Part shown: piece after piece, positions 36,501-51,500 of the stretch
Layout: each line of letters opens with the position of its first letter
Numbering within the stretch: position 1 is the stretch's first letter
Assembly (NCBI GenBank): GCA_040954595.2
Contig: CM082596.2
Location: 7,456,468 to 7,520,467 of the forward strand
Direction of reading: 5' to 3'
Length of the DNA stretch: 64,000 nt
From: Balanoglossus misakiensis
Taxonomy: Eukaryota > Animalia > Hemichordata
Made by a program: the position numbers and the translations under genes
Notes under the pieces: generated by a model
Seen by the model: only the letters and a program-made list of their open reading frames with translations
Told to the model about the DNA's origin: nothing
Database searches by the model: none

Positions 36501-39500
36501 ACATAAGTAAATCATCATCTCTTCAAACTCTTACTAAAGTGAGTTGTCGACTTTCTTACCCACAATGCAATTGTCATGTGATTTAACCCCCTAGTATGAT
36601 GATAAAAATATTTAAAGTAGTAGGACTTGAATGCAAAACTTACATCCATTTCTCTTCTGTGATCCTGCGTGACTAAATTCAACTGCCTTTGGAATTCTCT
36701 GTTCATTGAATTCTTCATTCTTTCCTTCTCTTCCACGAACTCTTGTCCTGAAAGTCAACAGAAATTATATTGCAATCAGAAATTGACACAAAGTGTGAAA
36801 AAATGCCATAGCATCGAAAGCTGAGAAGATTCCACAGCACATTTTCAAAAGTCTCTTCCTGTTGTTGACACAGCATTTGACCAACGAGTGGAGTTACTGA
36901 GTAAAAACAAAAGAAGTCGGCTCCTGGTCAAAGATGGCGCCCTTCTGCACTAGGTGCTGCTGGCTAGCCCAAATGATTGACAGTGTCAGAATGACCTGCA
37001 TATGTACTGCATACCTCCTGGAACATGAGATCAACCCGGACCACCAAAGCAAGGAGAGACCTGACTTCAAAACCTACTAATACAATACTAATTTACGATA
37101 TAATACTGTAAAATGGGTTATTTTCACGACAGTATATTTTTTCAGATATCAAAAGTGGCAACTGTTACGCGAGGATCAATTTTGGCGCTCTCGCATTTCA
37201 CTAACTGCATCGTTATCTCCGAAAAACATTTTCCGCGACTTTTTATTGTCACATTTTTTTGGCTCTCGCGTATTTCACGAAAGTATATTGCTCGCGAAAA
37301 TAACCCGTTTTACAGTATATACATCGTCCACAGCACATACTTTGATCTTGAAGTGCCTCCTCCATTTCTTCTTCAAATTTCAGTTTCATGTCAGCTTCTT
37401 TCTTCGCCCACTTTTCATCCATCTCTTGTGCAATATTTCCTTTGTAAGCTTCAAAGGCACCTTGCAAGAATTCCACTTCTCCCTTCAAACGAGCTAAAAC
37501 AAAAACAAAAATATATGTAAAAAATCAAGATATTACATTAGTGAAACAAATGTATGTAACAATGTAATTGCAATGTTTTAAAACTTTTTGGAAATCATGA
37601 AGTACATTTCCTTATGATTCGTCCAGAATGTGAAAATTTCAAACTTCAGAAGTGAGAAAGTAGTCTGACAAAAGAGCCATGATAAAAAGCCATGACACCT
37701 GGAGTGTGGCATTATTGATCTCAGGTACTCCTGAGAAATTGGACTGGGACAATCCAGAACTTAGTACAATCAAACCTGTGTTAGTGGCCACCTCTACATG
37801 TATATAGTGGCCACTTTGTTACAGTCCCTGTGCAATTTACATGTACAGTACATTGATTGACCTGATGACTATAAAGGCCACCTGTCTATAAAGGCCAGCT
37901 TAGGAAAGTCCCTTGACTGGCCTCTATAAACAGGTTCGAATGTAAAATATTCATTTGAAAAACTCACACTGAGCAGCCTGGGCCGCCGTCCTCTCCTGTT
38001 CTAGCTGCTTCTTTTGGAGCGTTTTCAAATCATCAATCTGCTCCTCAAAGTCGTCTTGCAATTCTTGCATCTCTCGTTGATGGTCCTGTTCCATCTCTTC
38101 GATCTTCTCTCCCATCAACATGGCAGCCTGTGTAATGCAACATTTCAATGTGAGCACTCTAGAGATCTCTAACTTCATTTTTTATAAGACATTGTTTCTG
38201 CGACTACTGTAAAACACTTTATTTTTGAAATTTTTGCGATATCGAAAGGGGCCACTGTTTTCGCGAGTATTAATTTTCGCATTCTCTTATTTCATTCACT
38301 GCATTGTTATCTTAAAAAAATTCACACTGAAAATTGCATCCAATGTAGGAATAACGTAAAGCATATAAGTTGAGTCAAGTTGGATTGAAATAATCGAACT
38401 GGTCAAATTCAACACCAAAAAAAAAAAATAGTTGTGAAGACTGACCCTTTCTTTGGTTGCTCTGTGATTCAATCTCTCCTCTTCTAAGTACAGACTGAGA
38501 TCTGAAATTTGTTGCTGCAGTTGTTGTATCAGGGCATCTCTGTGAAAAGAACAAAAAAAGAATCATTAAAAATAAACAAAAAACACTCTCTATGACAACA
38601 CTTAGTTTTTTACTACATGTACAGCAAAACGAGTTAAAGACACATATTTAAATACATGTACATGTAAACAGACATCTGGACAAAAAACTAGATAATTTCA
38701 TATGACTTTGCAATTAAAATGCAACTTGTCAGAGATATAATATATGAAATAATTATTTAATCAAATTTCACAAATGAACTGTGCAGAATGAGAAGATCAA
38801 AAATGGAAAAAAAAAAACAATTAATATCATATGCTGAGCTGCATGGAGTCAACTGCAAAGCTTTCTAATGATAGAATATTGAATTATTCTATTTTTAAAC
38901 AAACACCAACAGTTTACAACATATAGCCACTCATGCTTCAGAGACTGTTCCGTAGTAGTGTGCCCTCAGTGGCAGATAACATCAAATCTTTCCTCTTATA
39001 TTAATGCACTTGGATGACTATGAAGTACGAATTATTTACCATCACTATCAAAGCACTGTATCAATTTAACATTTCATGCAAATTAGACATCAAATTAAAG
39101 CAAACAATATTTACCATTTTAAACATAACAACTGTAAACATAACAAGTTATAGTTTGGTGGTCAAATTTCAGATATAATTCACAGGCCAGTCACAATGAC
39201 ATCCAACAGGTAGAAAGTCATACAATTTTACCAGGTGAAATCACTGTATTTGACAAGCTAGGGAGTCTGAAGTTTCCTTTGGAAGTTAAAGATTCCCTAA
39301 TAATCATAAATCTTTCACAAGTTGCTTGTCTTGCCTTGGTGTAGGATTTGCACATTGTTTTAGTTACACAAAAAATAATTGATTTTTCCATTCTCATCAT
39401 TTCTGCTTCACCAAACATACTTTTCATTGATTTTTTTCTTCCTTCAAAGTACAGTTGGACAGAGAGATGTTTAATTTTCTGAGAAAAGGTGTGTTTTGAT

Positions 39501-42500
39501 TCACAGGGAACATCACAAACAGTGAAATGCATTTTTAAATTCTTTTGTATCATTTTTTAAAATTTAATTACTGCATGATAAGCAACTGGTTCTGTTCCTT
39601 TGAAAGTTCAGTAACATTATTGTTTGTAGCTATCATCAGGCAAACAGTTAAACAAATTCAACATGCGGCCAGTTATTGTTAGAAAAACTGTAAAACCACA
39701 ATTATTAATAATGTTATAAACATGTCAATTTTACTTGATGATTCAAGGATCTTTGCAATTTCACATGAGAGCTTTCTGTTTTGATGTTGACTGATTTTTG
39801 TAGAAAGACACTTCATGTATTGTTTAATTTGCTTTGGGCGGGTGGATACAACAACTCACTGTAGCTCGCTTGTTGAAGATGGAGTAAAATTCTGCTGTCG
39901 GTAATGTTTTCTCGTATTTCTCTGCCTCCTCGAGCCCAGCAGAACGGGAGGGTTCTTGATCCCCACATCAAAACCGACTCTTTGACCTTTAACCTTCCCA
40001 CCTTCCTTCCCCGAACTTCTCACATTCAACGACACAATCACGTCACAATTTTACCCGACAACGAGCGCAAACGTATACACCACGTGACACAGTTATACAC
40101 ATAGCAAAGTCATTCCACAAAATAGTGTAAAAATGCAGGGAGGAGAAATTAGTATCAAAAAGGGGCAAACCATGAACGCCAGAAAGGTGGTTGTGGAGAA
40201 AAATGGGGGAAAAAAACAGACCAGATGGAAAACACGATGTCAGTATTAAATGAAAGGAATTCAAAATATGCTGATAATGCAATACTGTCTTACTTATTTG
40301 TGAATTATATTATAAAATTCATGAAGAAATATTTAATTTGTTATTGGCATTCCATATGAATATCATGATTAGGATCCACCTATAAAGCCCTGTGCACCCC
40401 TTTTTATGTAAACTGGCCTAAATATGACCTAATATGGTAATTAATGCAAATTAATGTAAATTTATATAACACTGTTACAAATGTCTGCATAAATGCCAAG
40501 GCAACGTCCAATCAGAGTGCAGATGAGTATATTTTTTGGTCCTGAGACGGCCAAAGACACACAGACAGAGGACGCAAACACTGATGATGAATTTCTCAAA
40601 ATTGAATGTGATATATAGACCATGTATGTTACTGAAATTAAATTTCTTTCCTCAGAACTACCATTTGATACTATGATTATGTTCATAATCGTTGTTTTTA
40701 TATAAATTTTAGAAACTGAAACATTGGTACATTTTGTTGTGCATGTGCAATATCACATTACTGAATTATTAATAAATTTGTAATAAAATGATTTATGTTC
40801 ATTATCTAAATTTGATCAAAACTGCATTGCTACGCAGTGACATTGGTGTGCAGTGCATGATGGGAGATGCTGAACCAACGAGCCAATCAGATGAGAGCAA
40901 CCGATGAGTTTGTGATAGTGAATTGGATTTGCCTAGTCCCTCCCTGAGAAAAAGAGTGGAAATTAAAGAGAGAGAGAGAGATTTTTTGGAGAGAATTTTT
41001 CTGACAAAAGAGGGTACATACCGAGAGGCCTTGGCACTTATAGGCGTCCGTTTTAAGCTTTGGTAAGTGGCAGAAGTCAGAACAGTGGAGGGGTGACTGA
41101 CTGCGTCAATGTCAGAAAGGTTTGGAGGTTTTGACGTGCGATCTAAGGCGGTTGGGGAAAAAAGGTGATGTAAAAAAGGGGTGCACGGTGACTTTTTAAT
41201 CGTCCTTCATTTCACGTGCAAAGTTCGTCCACACGCTCATGCAAGTCATACTTTGAACATCCATGCTGGTTTTAGTATATTTCTCTAGTATTTGTGAGTT
41301 TTGGTTTGTAAGACAGTATTACAGTTTGCAAAGGGTACTGTGTGTGTGAGTGAGGGGGAAAAAACCCCTGTGAAATGTGCATTAGTGTTAGATGTCACAA
41401 CACAGCAAGCGTGGTTATCGCTGTTCTTGAAACTAGACGATCCTGGAATTGTGAACAACGATTGCGACACATTCACTTACGTATGCTCATTTGCATGTTC
41501 GTGTACCTCTCTTTTTTTGGGAGGGGGGGGGGATGAGAAATGCGATAAATATGGGAGAAAATGTCAGGGGTTACGATTATTGATTGTAAGATTGACCAAG
41601 CAAAGGGGTATAAATCTAGATCCACAAAGCAAAACACACAACACTCTACATAACCCTGTTCCGCTTCAAATTCACAAAAAATTCACCCGTAGGAAATAAT
41701 ATTTCATTCATATTGTTTTATAAATGTTAGATACCTGTAATATTTAGTTAGTCACTATTCCCTACATGTACATTAGCCACACAGGTAAAGCCCCCCCCCC
41801 CCCCCCCAGCCGATACAACATTTCTGTTAAACACCCAGATTGAAACAAGCAAATTTTCTGCACAGCGAACAGCTTTTTTTAACACAGTTCAAAAATCTGG
41901 CTGATGTACATGCATGATGGCCTATGGCCCGGAAACTAACAAACCGCAAACATGCAACACAAAGTAGGCGATGCAAGAAATCAAAACGTAAATTTCATCC
42001 CCATCACTGTGTATCAGACACTGACTCCAAAACAGATGATGAAGAAGTACGAATACAGTTGCCATAGTCACTCTGCAACATCATGCAAGTTCAGTCATGA
42101 GCCTTTCATGCATAAAGTCATTGCCAGGGGATTTACATCATGGTTCCATGTTTTCCAGAAAACAGAATAAAAATTGAAAATATTACTTCTGAAGATATTG
42201 TATTCTTACCTCTCAGGATCAGCTGACCTGTAACGAAAAACAAACAAACAAAATACTAGATGGTTAATACTTTTCTCTTGATAGTTACAATCCAGTCAGA
42301 ATCTTTACGTAACTGACAGAATCCAAATTACAATGTACTACAAAGTCTGACTCTGATCATTAAACACTGACTCAGACAGAGAACTATTTGTGTGATAAAT
42401 TAAAGGGACGAAGTCTCTCTCTCGCTGCCCATTTTCCATTAATTATGTTTGATACAAGACACCATTTATGTTATTCTACATGTGGATATATAGTGAATCA

Positions 42501-45500
42501 ATCAAAGGGCAGAGAGAGAGAGAGACTTTGTCCCTTTAAATAAGCAATCTAAATCTAAACCTTTGGTACTAACAGCTGATCAAAGTTATGATACAACACA
42601 ACCAAACAAGTCCAAAAGTTTGGGTTGGTCTTTTTACTCTAATAGGTAAATGTAAAACAATGAATGCTGTGTTGCTAGGGTACACACTGAAAACAGAGTA
42701 ACAGGGCAATAAAACTTGGTTTTAGCTTTCGGATCTCATAACATTTTATTAACTGGTCAAATCTTAGCACTTGATTTTCAATTGGAAATCTTGTTATGAA
42801 TGAAAGAATGTGTAAAAAGTATACAGATTGGGATACTGGATATATACATGTACATATGAGGAAATAAATAAAGACAGAAATAATATATGAAGTGTGTAAA
42901 TGTATTTTATGGTATTTCAAACTGTACTTGCAGGGGGCAATCGTGGAATCTGTAAATAGGACACCGGAGTTGGCCAGGAGAAGCACACAAAACTACACAT
43001 CTGAAAAATCAATCGTCAAATATGAAATTGACATGTACAGACAAGTAAGTGAGTTACGGGGGAGGGTTCCTTACCTGGCAGACACTGTCCTCCTCTGCGG
43101 TGCGTCAACCAACCCTGTGTTGATTGTCACGGCGACCCGGCTCTTGGATTTCGACATTGTCATTCCGGGCGCTAGTTCATAGTCGCGCACACGCAGCTCC
43201 TGTCACGAAGAAGAAATCAACAGATTCAGTCAAATTTGACGATATTTCCACAGTGTAACCACGATGAAATCAGAGATCCCAGCGTTCAGGTTTGTGTCTA
43301 ATACGCAATTACATTAACACTATTGAACTGAAAACCCTACGGAACACTCTTAAAATTTACACATCCCGCTGGTTCCATTTAATCGCGGGGGTCATGCCAT
43401 GATAAATGAGGGACTCCTATGTGACAATACAAAACTCAAAGTGTATGTTTGCTTTGAAAATCACTCTTACAAGTACATTGTTTTGTATACACGAGTGAAA
43501 CAAAGTAAAAGAACATGCAATTGATAATTTCAATGACCCAAAAATAAAAATTCAAATCAAACAGTAAAACAACCTGTTACCATATCCCTCGTTTTGGCCG
43601 GTGGCCAAGAACGCCACACTCCCTCAAAGTAACAAATTCCAGCTTATGTGCTTTAGCAGATTATTTGCTATAAAATCTTTTCAGGTCTGGGTATAGGGGG
43701 CCATTTTTAAATTGAACGCTCTCTTTACAAATGGAGACCAGTGTAATCTCCTCTTCTAAATAAGACATTAGGTCTCTTTTATAGTCTCTTTTAGGAACTC
43801 TTTCATCGAACAAACATTTAAATGGCAAACAATGTTGTAATCAGGGAAAGTTTTTCCTGCAAATTAACATGCACCGTTCAAACTCATTCTGACCAATTTA
43901 CCTGCAGTTTTCCTACTTTTTCAAAAGTTTGTTTTCTAGATGAAAAGTTTGGTACTGAATGTAGACTTGCATTAACAATTCAGACCATCTTAAAATATTC
44001 AACCTGTTATTTAAATTTTTATGAAAAAAAGTCTGGGCTGTCGCAAAATCTCAAATTGTATTTGTACATCAATGACGATACAGTATGGATGATCTTTAAG
44101 AAAAATATACAGCGTTTTTATCGCTTGTTAAAAATTTGTACAATATGGGAACATTGGGTTTGCTGAATTGTGTGTGAGCCACTGAAATGATCGATGGCCT
44201 TTTATTTCAAGCCCTGTTTGAAAACAACTGTGAGAGAGTTCATGCCATGGTTTGGCTCTGTTTGTATTTGTGTGTTTTTGTACATGTGCACTGGACAATG
44301 AATGAAAAGAAATGACAAAAATATTTACTTGCTTTACACCATCTCAACAAAAACACTGTTCTGGTCGGATAATGTAGTGGAATGATGACTATGTCTATGA
44401 TCTTGAACCTGAATGTCATGTGCAGCACAAAACTACGGGCCAGAGACACGCACGCACTCCCTGACCTTGTCTTTAAGTTGAAGTTCAACACCTCAAAAGT
44501 CTGACCTTCAAACCTGACAGAAGCTACCCCCCACTACAAGTATAATGACCTCTTCAATGTAAGAGTAGAGTCACCGAATGATACTGCGCAGATTGCGTTT
44601 CCTAGCTACCACTTCAGTTGCCGCGGGAACACATCTTAATTGTTATGTCTACATGATCCTATCACTTACTGAACAAATTGTATGTGATAACATTACAAGC
44701 AGATAGTCAACATCCCTGGACAAATTTCAATGAATATGAAATGTGTTTAATTAATTTAACAGTAAAATTATTATTCTGATTTTCCTGTTTGTTTTGATAT
44801 AATCAAATTTTCATTTGTGACATGAAAGAAGTTGTCATTGTGAAAAATCAAGAAAGATGAATGGGCATATCCAATATAAAATGTTTGATCAGTCAACCCA
44901 CTTACTGTTAGTTCTGTCAATGACAATTTCAAATATTTAGTTTTAACTGACAGACTCCTGCATCTATGCCCCAGTTGTACAACTACTCAATATTCATGCA
45001 TGTAAGGTCATCGCCATGGCAGCATACATCTAACAATCATTACAATTATTAATATGATACAAAAACAGCCTGGAACATATTACAAAAACTGTAGTAAGTC
45101 AAATGGGTTCAAATAATAAGAAAAGTGCAAGTTTTGGTACACATCCTATTTTTAACCCTTTCAAACTTCCAAATGACATCCTCAGGAGGTCAGGGTTCAA
45201 TGGTTGAGAGTGGACAATATAAACTGACAAGTATCTTCTTTCCAAGGTTCTTTTACGAACACTACTTCTTTTCACCGATGTGACAAAGAAACGATACAAC
45301 CATTCTTCGGGTGAGTCGGCCGTTACACAACCTACCCTTGGAGGTTGGGACAGTGACAATACTGAATGAATTACACAAGCAGATTACTGACACAGGGACT
45401 TTCAAAACTCAAGGAATTACAACATCTAATATCTACCGGTATTTTAAAGGTATACAGTCACGTCCAATTTACATACGCCCATATATGGCTGAAATGGCGT

Positions 45501-48500
45501 ATTTGAGCGTTCTTAAGAACATATTTTGGCGCTCTTTTTTTCGCGTGTGCCACCCACTGAAAATCTGTGATTGGCTAGATCTCAATTTGCCATGGTAACT
45601 ATAGCTATTTTTCCATAGGTGACCGTATACCTTTAACGGTAAACCTGCAAAAAAATCTTTTGAACTTCTCATTTTGCCTCGAAGTTAACATTGGCACTGG
45701 TTCCAACGTCCCACCTTTTATTGACTGCAGTGTTAGTTCGTTTTAAAGAGAAGTTTTTAGAGCTTGTCTTTTGAAACCTTGGCCGAGACCATTGTGGCGT
45801 CAATGTCAGGTCAAAGGTCACACACCCCTTGCTTAGCTACACTTCCTGTTTATCATTGCTGGGATACAGCTAGCCCATTAGTTGAGACCTCTCCTGGATA
45901 AATGTTTTATTTATTGTGAAAATTAAGTAGCAGAAAATTTTCCAACTGGAAATAAATACAACTTAATCATTATCATGATTAACTTAAGTGGTGAGTTATT
46001 CAAATTTACTGTGCATTGACCAAGACAAATAGATACTGGCAGATATAACATTATTTGATTTTGCAGATAACTCACTTGAGCCATAGTACTGGACTATAAT
46101 GGAATTAATCATTTTTAATTAGGAGTGAATATTCTATTGCATGGAGATTGTTGTGTCTTGTTATAAATTCGGTCGGAGGTGGGTTTTTTTGTTTTCTGCT
46201 AACACCAACGCTTTGAGTTGACACAAATTGTCCAAACTATCAGTATTCAAATTCATACTGTGAAAATGATTGGTCTAAAAAACAATTGTGCAAACACACT
46301 GGTGTCGACATAATAGTGCAACCATCACCAGGGAATATTTCACAGTTGTCTGATCATTGCTAAGAGACCTGGGCATTGACTGCAGCTCGACACAATTGAG
46401 TCTGACAAACATGTCATCAGTATTCAGTAAGTCAAACAGGGCTCACAGAGAATGTTTGTAAGGCATCTTTCAATTCTATCAGATTGGATTTAGGAATGAG
46501 TTGATGACAACTTCAATGAACATGATGCTGAATGTACAATTACACAAAAACTCCAAAAGAACAGAATATGTATTTTCATGAGTCAGAACTAATATCAAGT
46601 TAACGAAGTGAACAGTAAAAATGTAAGACTATGTTCATTTACTGCAATAAAGCCAAATTTATACTTTCTTTTTTTTCATGTTGGTCAAACTTAAGATATA
46701 AATTTGGAAAATATTAAGCAGTCACTATGAATCCTGTCTTCAAAATTTAAAACAAGACATCCAGAATGTTGAGTAGAAATAAACTTAAATTTGAGAGTTG
46801 TTTTCGATAGACCGACAGAGTCTTCTATACTGTTAGATCTACTCAGACCTTAATTCTCTTTGTGTACGTGTATGTCTAACTGGTGTTTTTGTTTGGTAAC
46901 CATTACTGAAACCTGTTCATTCACTTGTGACAAACAGTGTCACAATGTGGCTAGAGTTTAACCACACAGTAATACACACCTTGTTCACACACACATTTGG
47001 TCTGTCTCCACACTTGTACTTTAATTCAGTGTCTGGGCACGGTCGCTTGACGTGAAGGGCTGATGCAACTCAAACTTGTACGAACAATGCTTTTGTCTAA
47101 TCTGTGCCCAAAATCAACAGTGAGAGTAAACCAGACTGTAATGTGTCCTCACACATAGCCCAGCCACCTCAAATACACTTAACACACCCCATACTCAGAC
47201 CAAACTGGTCAAACTCCAGCATATCTGTATATTGGTTATTTTGAGCTGACTTTTAACCTGCACACCTACTCAGGGCAAACATAAAAACTCTAGTCTGATT
47301 ATATGTAACTGCTAGCATATGGTATATTAATTTGTAAAACAGCAATAACAAGTCTAAACGAAATCAACAGGTGGCATTAATGAAACGAACATCACCAACT
47401 TGTCAAATTCTACAGGTAAAATCAAGTTATGATGGAGTGAAATAAATAAACTCCCAAATTCCAATGATTCGAAGACTTCAATATGTATGTATCATTGTGA
47501 TCGAAGGAATTTTTTTATCAAAGAGCATTGACTTTTTATGAGAAACCAAACAAATTCCCTATATCTTAACACTATCTATATTATTTTGATATTATCTCGG
47601 TTATTCATATCATATAGCAAGTGGTGTGTGTACGCCAATTGCCAATTTGGCACATCGCGCTGACAAATATTTTTCCTTGTGATGTGAGATTTCATGATTA
47701 GATGCAAAAAATATTGGTCAGATGCAAAGAAAAATCCTCAAAAAGTTTTTAAAATGATTCACAGTACAATCACGTTATTGGGCACATGTATTAATTAGTC
47801 CCTTTATATGCATAATCCCTCAATGCCACGGTCATAAGATTTTTACCCTTGCCCTTTCAAAAGGTCAGGATAATGACCCTGGACTTGCTGATGGACAGTG
47901 TTCTATATTGCGGGAGAAAACAAGTATACATTTAAACACTATCAGTCGCATGTATAACACATACATTGGAAGCAAAATGAAAATATCAATAACTGATCAT
48001 TTTTCTGTGTATTAAAATGCGATATAACTTTAGACAGGACTTTTTTGTGTGTGTATGTTGATGTCACCAATTCTCACTGGGGGTCTGAGAATGACAAGCC
48101 CTCAACACAAAACGACAGTATAAAAACAGATTGAGACACTCACCTCTTCGTCTCTCTGAACCGGCTTGGTCTTCTTCACAGGCAAGTGGCTCTCCAGCAT
48201 GTTCTTCCTTCCCGGGAAGTCCCGTTCGACTTCGTGGAAGCGGTCGCAGCGCGGTCGTACTCCCGGCGGGGCGCTGGCCGGCGGCTCGTAGCCGTGCTCG
48301 GGACGGTCGGCGCCGAGGGCGGCCGGCGTCGATCTGTGGGGAAGACGGGGGGAAACCACAAGTCAGATTTACGGGACGCAGAGGCGGAAACATGCAAGCG
48401 GGCATACGCTCATGCCACAGTCGCGTTCGGACACTACCACGGAGAAAAAAATGACAACGCACTGCCACCAGAGATAACTGTCCCCCGTAACACAAAGTGA

Positions 48501-51500
48501 ATACATATGCAAATCACGTCCATTCGTAAAAACCTGTCAATAAAACACAATATAACTGCAAGCATTGGCCAAACAATACACCGAGCAGTGTAACCAACAC
48601 AGGGGCAACCTATTCGTTTTATTGCTATTTTTTTTCCTTTCATCGTGATTCAAACCAATAGCTTTAATGTCGTGATTCAAACCAATAGCTTTAATGAGAC
48701 GAGGGAAAGTGTGTGTGTGTAACAGCAACCATTGAAGTGTTATTTACCTTTGCCGTCATTTACGTAAAAAGAATTTTTTTTACACAATAGTAACTTTTTC
48801 TCTGCATTAATGTACTTCTGCTTGTGTCTCCATGGCAACTATAAATTCCCCTCCAGAAAGGAAGTTTACTTTCAATCAATCTATGTGTAGTGTGGTGGGC
48901 AAATAAAATCAGGTAAAAGAAATCACACACATATATATGGATTTTCGAATAGAAAATTGTTCTTAAAAAAGTATTGATTTCTGAATTGGCAGTGCTGTGA
49001 TTTCAAATTCAAAGAACCTGGGGCACAAAATAGCTCTCAATGGGTATTGCTGTACCATCTGGTAACAAATTGCCCCTCCCCTCCCCTTCTGGCCCCCTCC
49101 CCTTTGCTACATGTGCATGTCCTCAACAACGCACCACTGCATACAATGGGATTAATTTACAGCATAGAGCATGGTCACTGAAAACAATAGTGTTAATTTG
49201 GCCGTTCTACATGTTAACCAAAATATACCAAATGCCCTGAAAGTGTAACTCCTTGACAATCCTTTCAAAAAAAGCACAATTACGACCCTTGGTGGTGTGT
49301 TCCAGTCCACTTAGCAGCAAAATAATCCGTGGTCAGTCTGATCTGAATAAGGCATGATGCAGATACACTTTTCTTCAATGTTGTCACTTTTTACTTTTAC
49401 TCAATAGTTTTTTGTAAAGGGCGTTGAGATAATTTACAATGTAATGCGCTGTATAAGAAATCACAGTTATCGTTGCATGATTATACAACGATTTAAATCT
49501 GAGTCTTAAAAAATAATTTGGTTTAAACAGCCTTCTTTTTTTGGTGGTACATTGTACATCACATAACAACCTGTTGATCATCACAAGTTGGTTCAATCCT
49601 ATTGTTTTTTCCTATGTTTGGACCAATTTACAAAGAAATAGGGGTGACCGGAGTACGAATTGATGGCATTCAAAATACAATTATTGAAATTGCTGTCATC
49701 ATAAATATTGTTGACAAGTGTGTTCATTGGTCACTAGGAAACACCTGTTGATTTTGTATCATTACCACCAGGTGGTTTTATCAATTCTTCTGCTAGGCAA
49801 CATTAGATATCAATGTTTGTTTCTGATCAAGATCTCTGCTGCCAATTATGAAACTGTACAGAATGATTATGAATCACAACAGTGGAATGTACAAATAAAC
49901 TAAAGCCGGCAGATGAGATAATAAACGCGTGGATAAATTTAATTTCAAATCAATAAGTTCTTGGCAGTGGCATTTAGCAATGGCATGGTGTGGGGATATG
50001 GCAAGACCCTGGAAACAACAATACAAGCTTCCGGCTCTCTATAGAATATAGACTGCTCACAGCCTGAAGGGAGCCACCAGCAGCCCACAAGCGGTGAGTG
50101 TTTACACTGGAATGGGGGGTCAGCGTGGCCTGTTGCCACGGACAACCAGACGGCTGTGTACACTCGTGTGAGGGCGCTGCACCTGGAACCCCACAGGCAC
50201 TGACTGGTCACCATTGTTCATGCTGTGCTGAGTGCATGGTTATCGCTAGACTGGGTGAAGCTTAACTATTAGTTTGTCTGTTTTATTGGTTATTTTCAAT
50301 ACAGAGCTCTTCACTGACAAAACTTGACGAGACAGACAAAGATTGGTCAAAGATGAGTGTGTCTGGTAAAGTGGACGTTTCTTTTTTTGACTCAAGAAGT
50401 CAAAGACAGTACAACAGTTATAATAATGACCTACATACATGCAGTTGGAGTGACCAGCAACTTCAAAGTGGAATTCATGTCAAAAATCCTATTCCTTAAT
50501 TTTGTGAACACCCAAAACACCCTTATAAAAGATCATGAAACACTCCAAAAGACACCAGAGCAGGCCATGAATTCCACACGAATGCGTCAATTAATTAACT
50601 GTTGAGTGTTAGTAGAGTTTATGTGGTATGCTGGTGACCAACAATAACAGGACACCTTCAGGGTAACATTACACACCACGAGTGGAGATAAAATGTCCGC
50701 TTTCAATGGCTCAGCTGACTGCTAATATTACCACTTTACCTGGATTGTCACGGGTAACATTATGCCTAGTATTGTCACTCTTCCGTGCACTGGCTGGACA
50801 CATTATATCTTTGCCAATCAAGCTGAATTCAGAACGTGTATGTCTGCATGCTAAGACAATATTTTTAGAGGCTTTATATCTGCAGGAACCCTCGGTGAGA
50901 AAGCCATCATTATTTGTATTTTCATGCAGTCACGATGAAAGGTGACTTTGATCGTAGTCTTTAAGAATAATTTTTCTTTAAATACAATGTACATGAAATG
51001 GCACAAATATGTATATGTGTCAGAATCTTGTATTGGAGAATTGCCAGGTTTTCTTTGAAACCTGTGTATCATATATTCACGTATTTGCCGATAATGTTTC
51101 TGCGGTATTGCCTTTTTGATGAAAAACGAACACAATGTGACTAGCATATTAAATGCACCAGGTATTCTAGAATTTCATTGTCCGTACGACCCGGAGAAAC
51201 CGAATCTGACTGAGCTTAGAATCACTTGTGGGCCGTAATCTGGTGATTGTAGCCTTAGCCTGGCCTAATTTAAACAACAATGCACCGTGTGCGGAGAGAG
51301 GGACTGTAGGACTTAAAGAATGGTCTGGGACTCTGGGTTTGTGCTGTTTTTTGACAATGCACACACAATTACATTGGAATATGCACTACTGTGGCATGCA
51401 GTTACCAGAATATTGGACTCGCAAGAGTGGTGGGATATGTTGTAATACTATTAAAGGTATACAGTCATCTCCAATTTACATACGCCCATATATGGCTGAA

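Noticed and set aside
45311-45598. Recurrent peptide [26 protein letters not shown] in several ORFs (also 5378, 20969, 51228)
   Set aside because: Translation of MITE family A internal sequence, not a protein family; ORF boundaries differ between copies.
48643-48696. 27-bp tandem duplication TCGTGATTCAAACCAATAGCTTTAATG x2
   Set aside because: Ordinary slippage duplication in an intron; no further structure.
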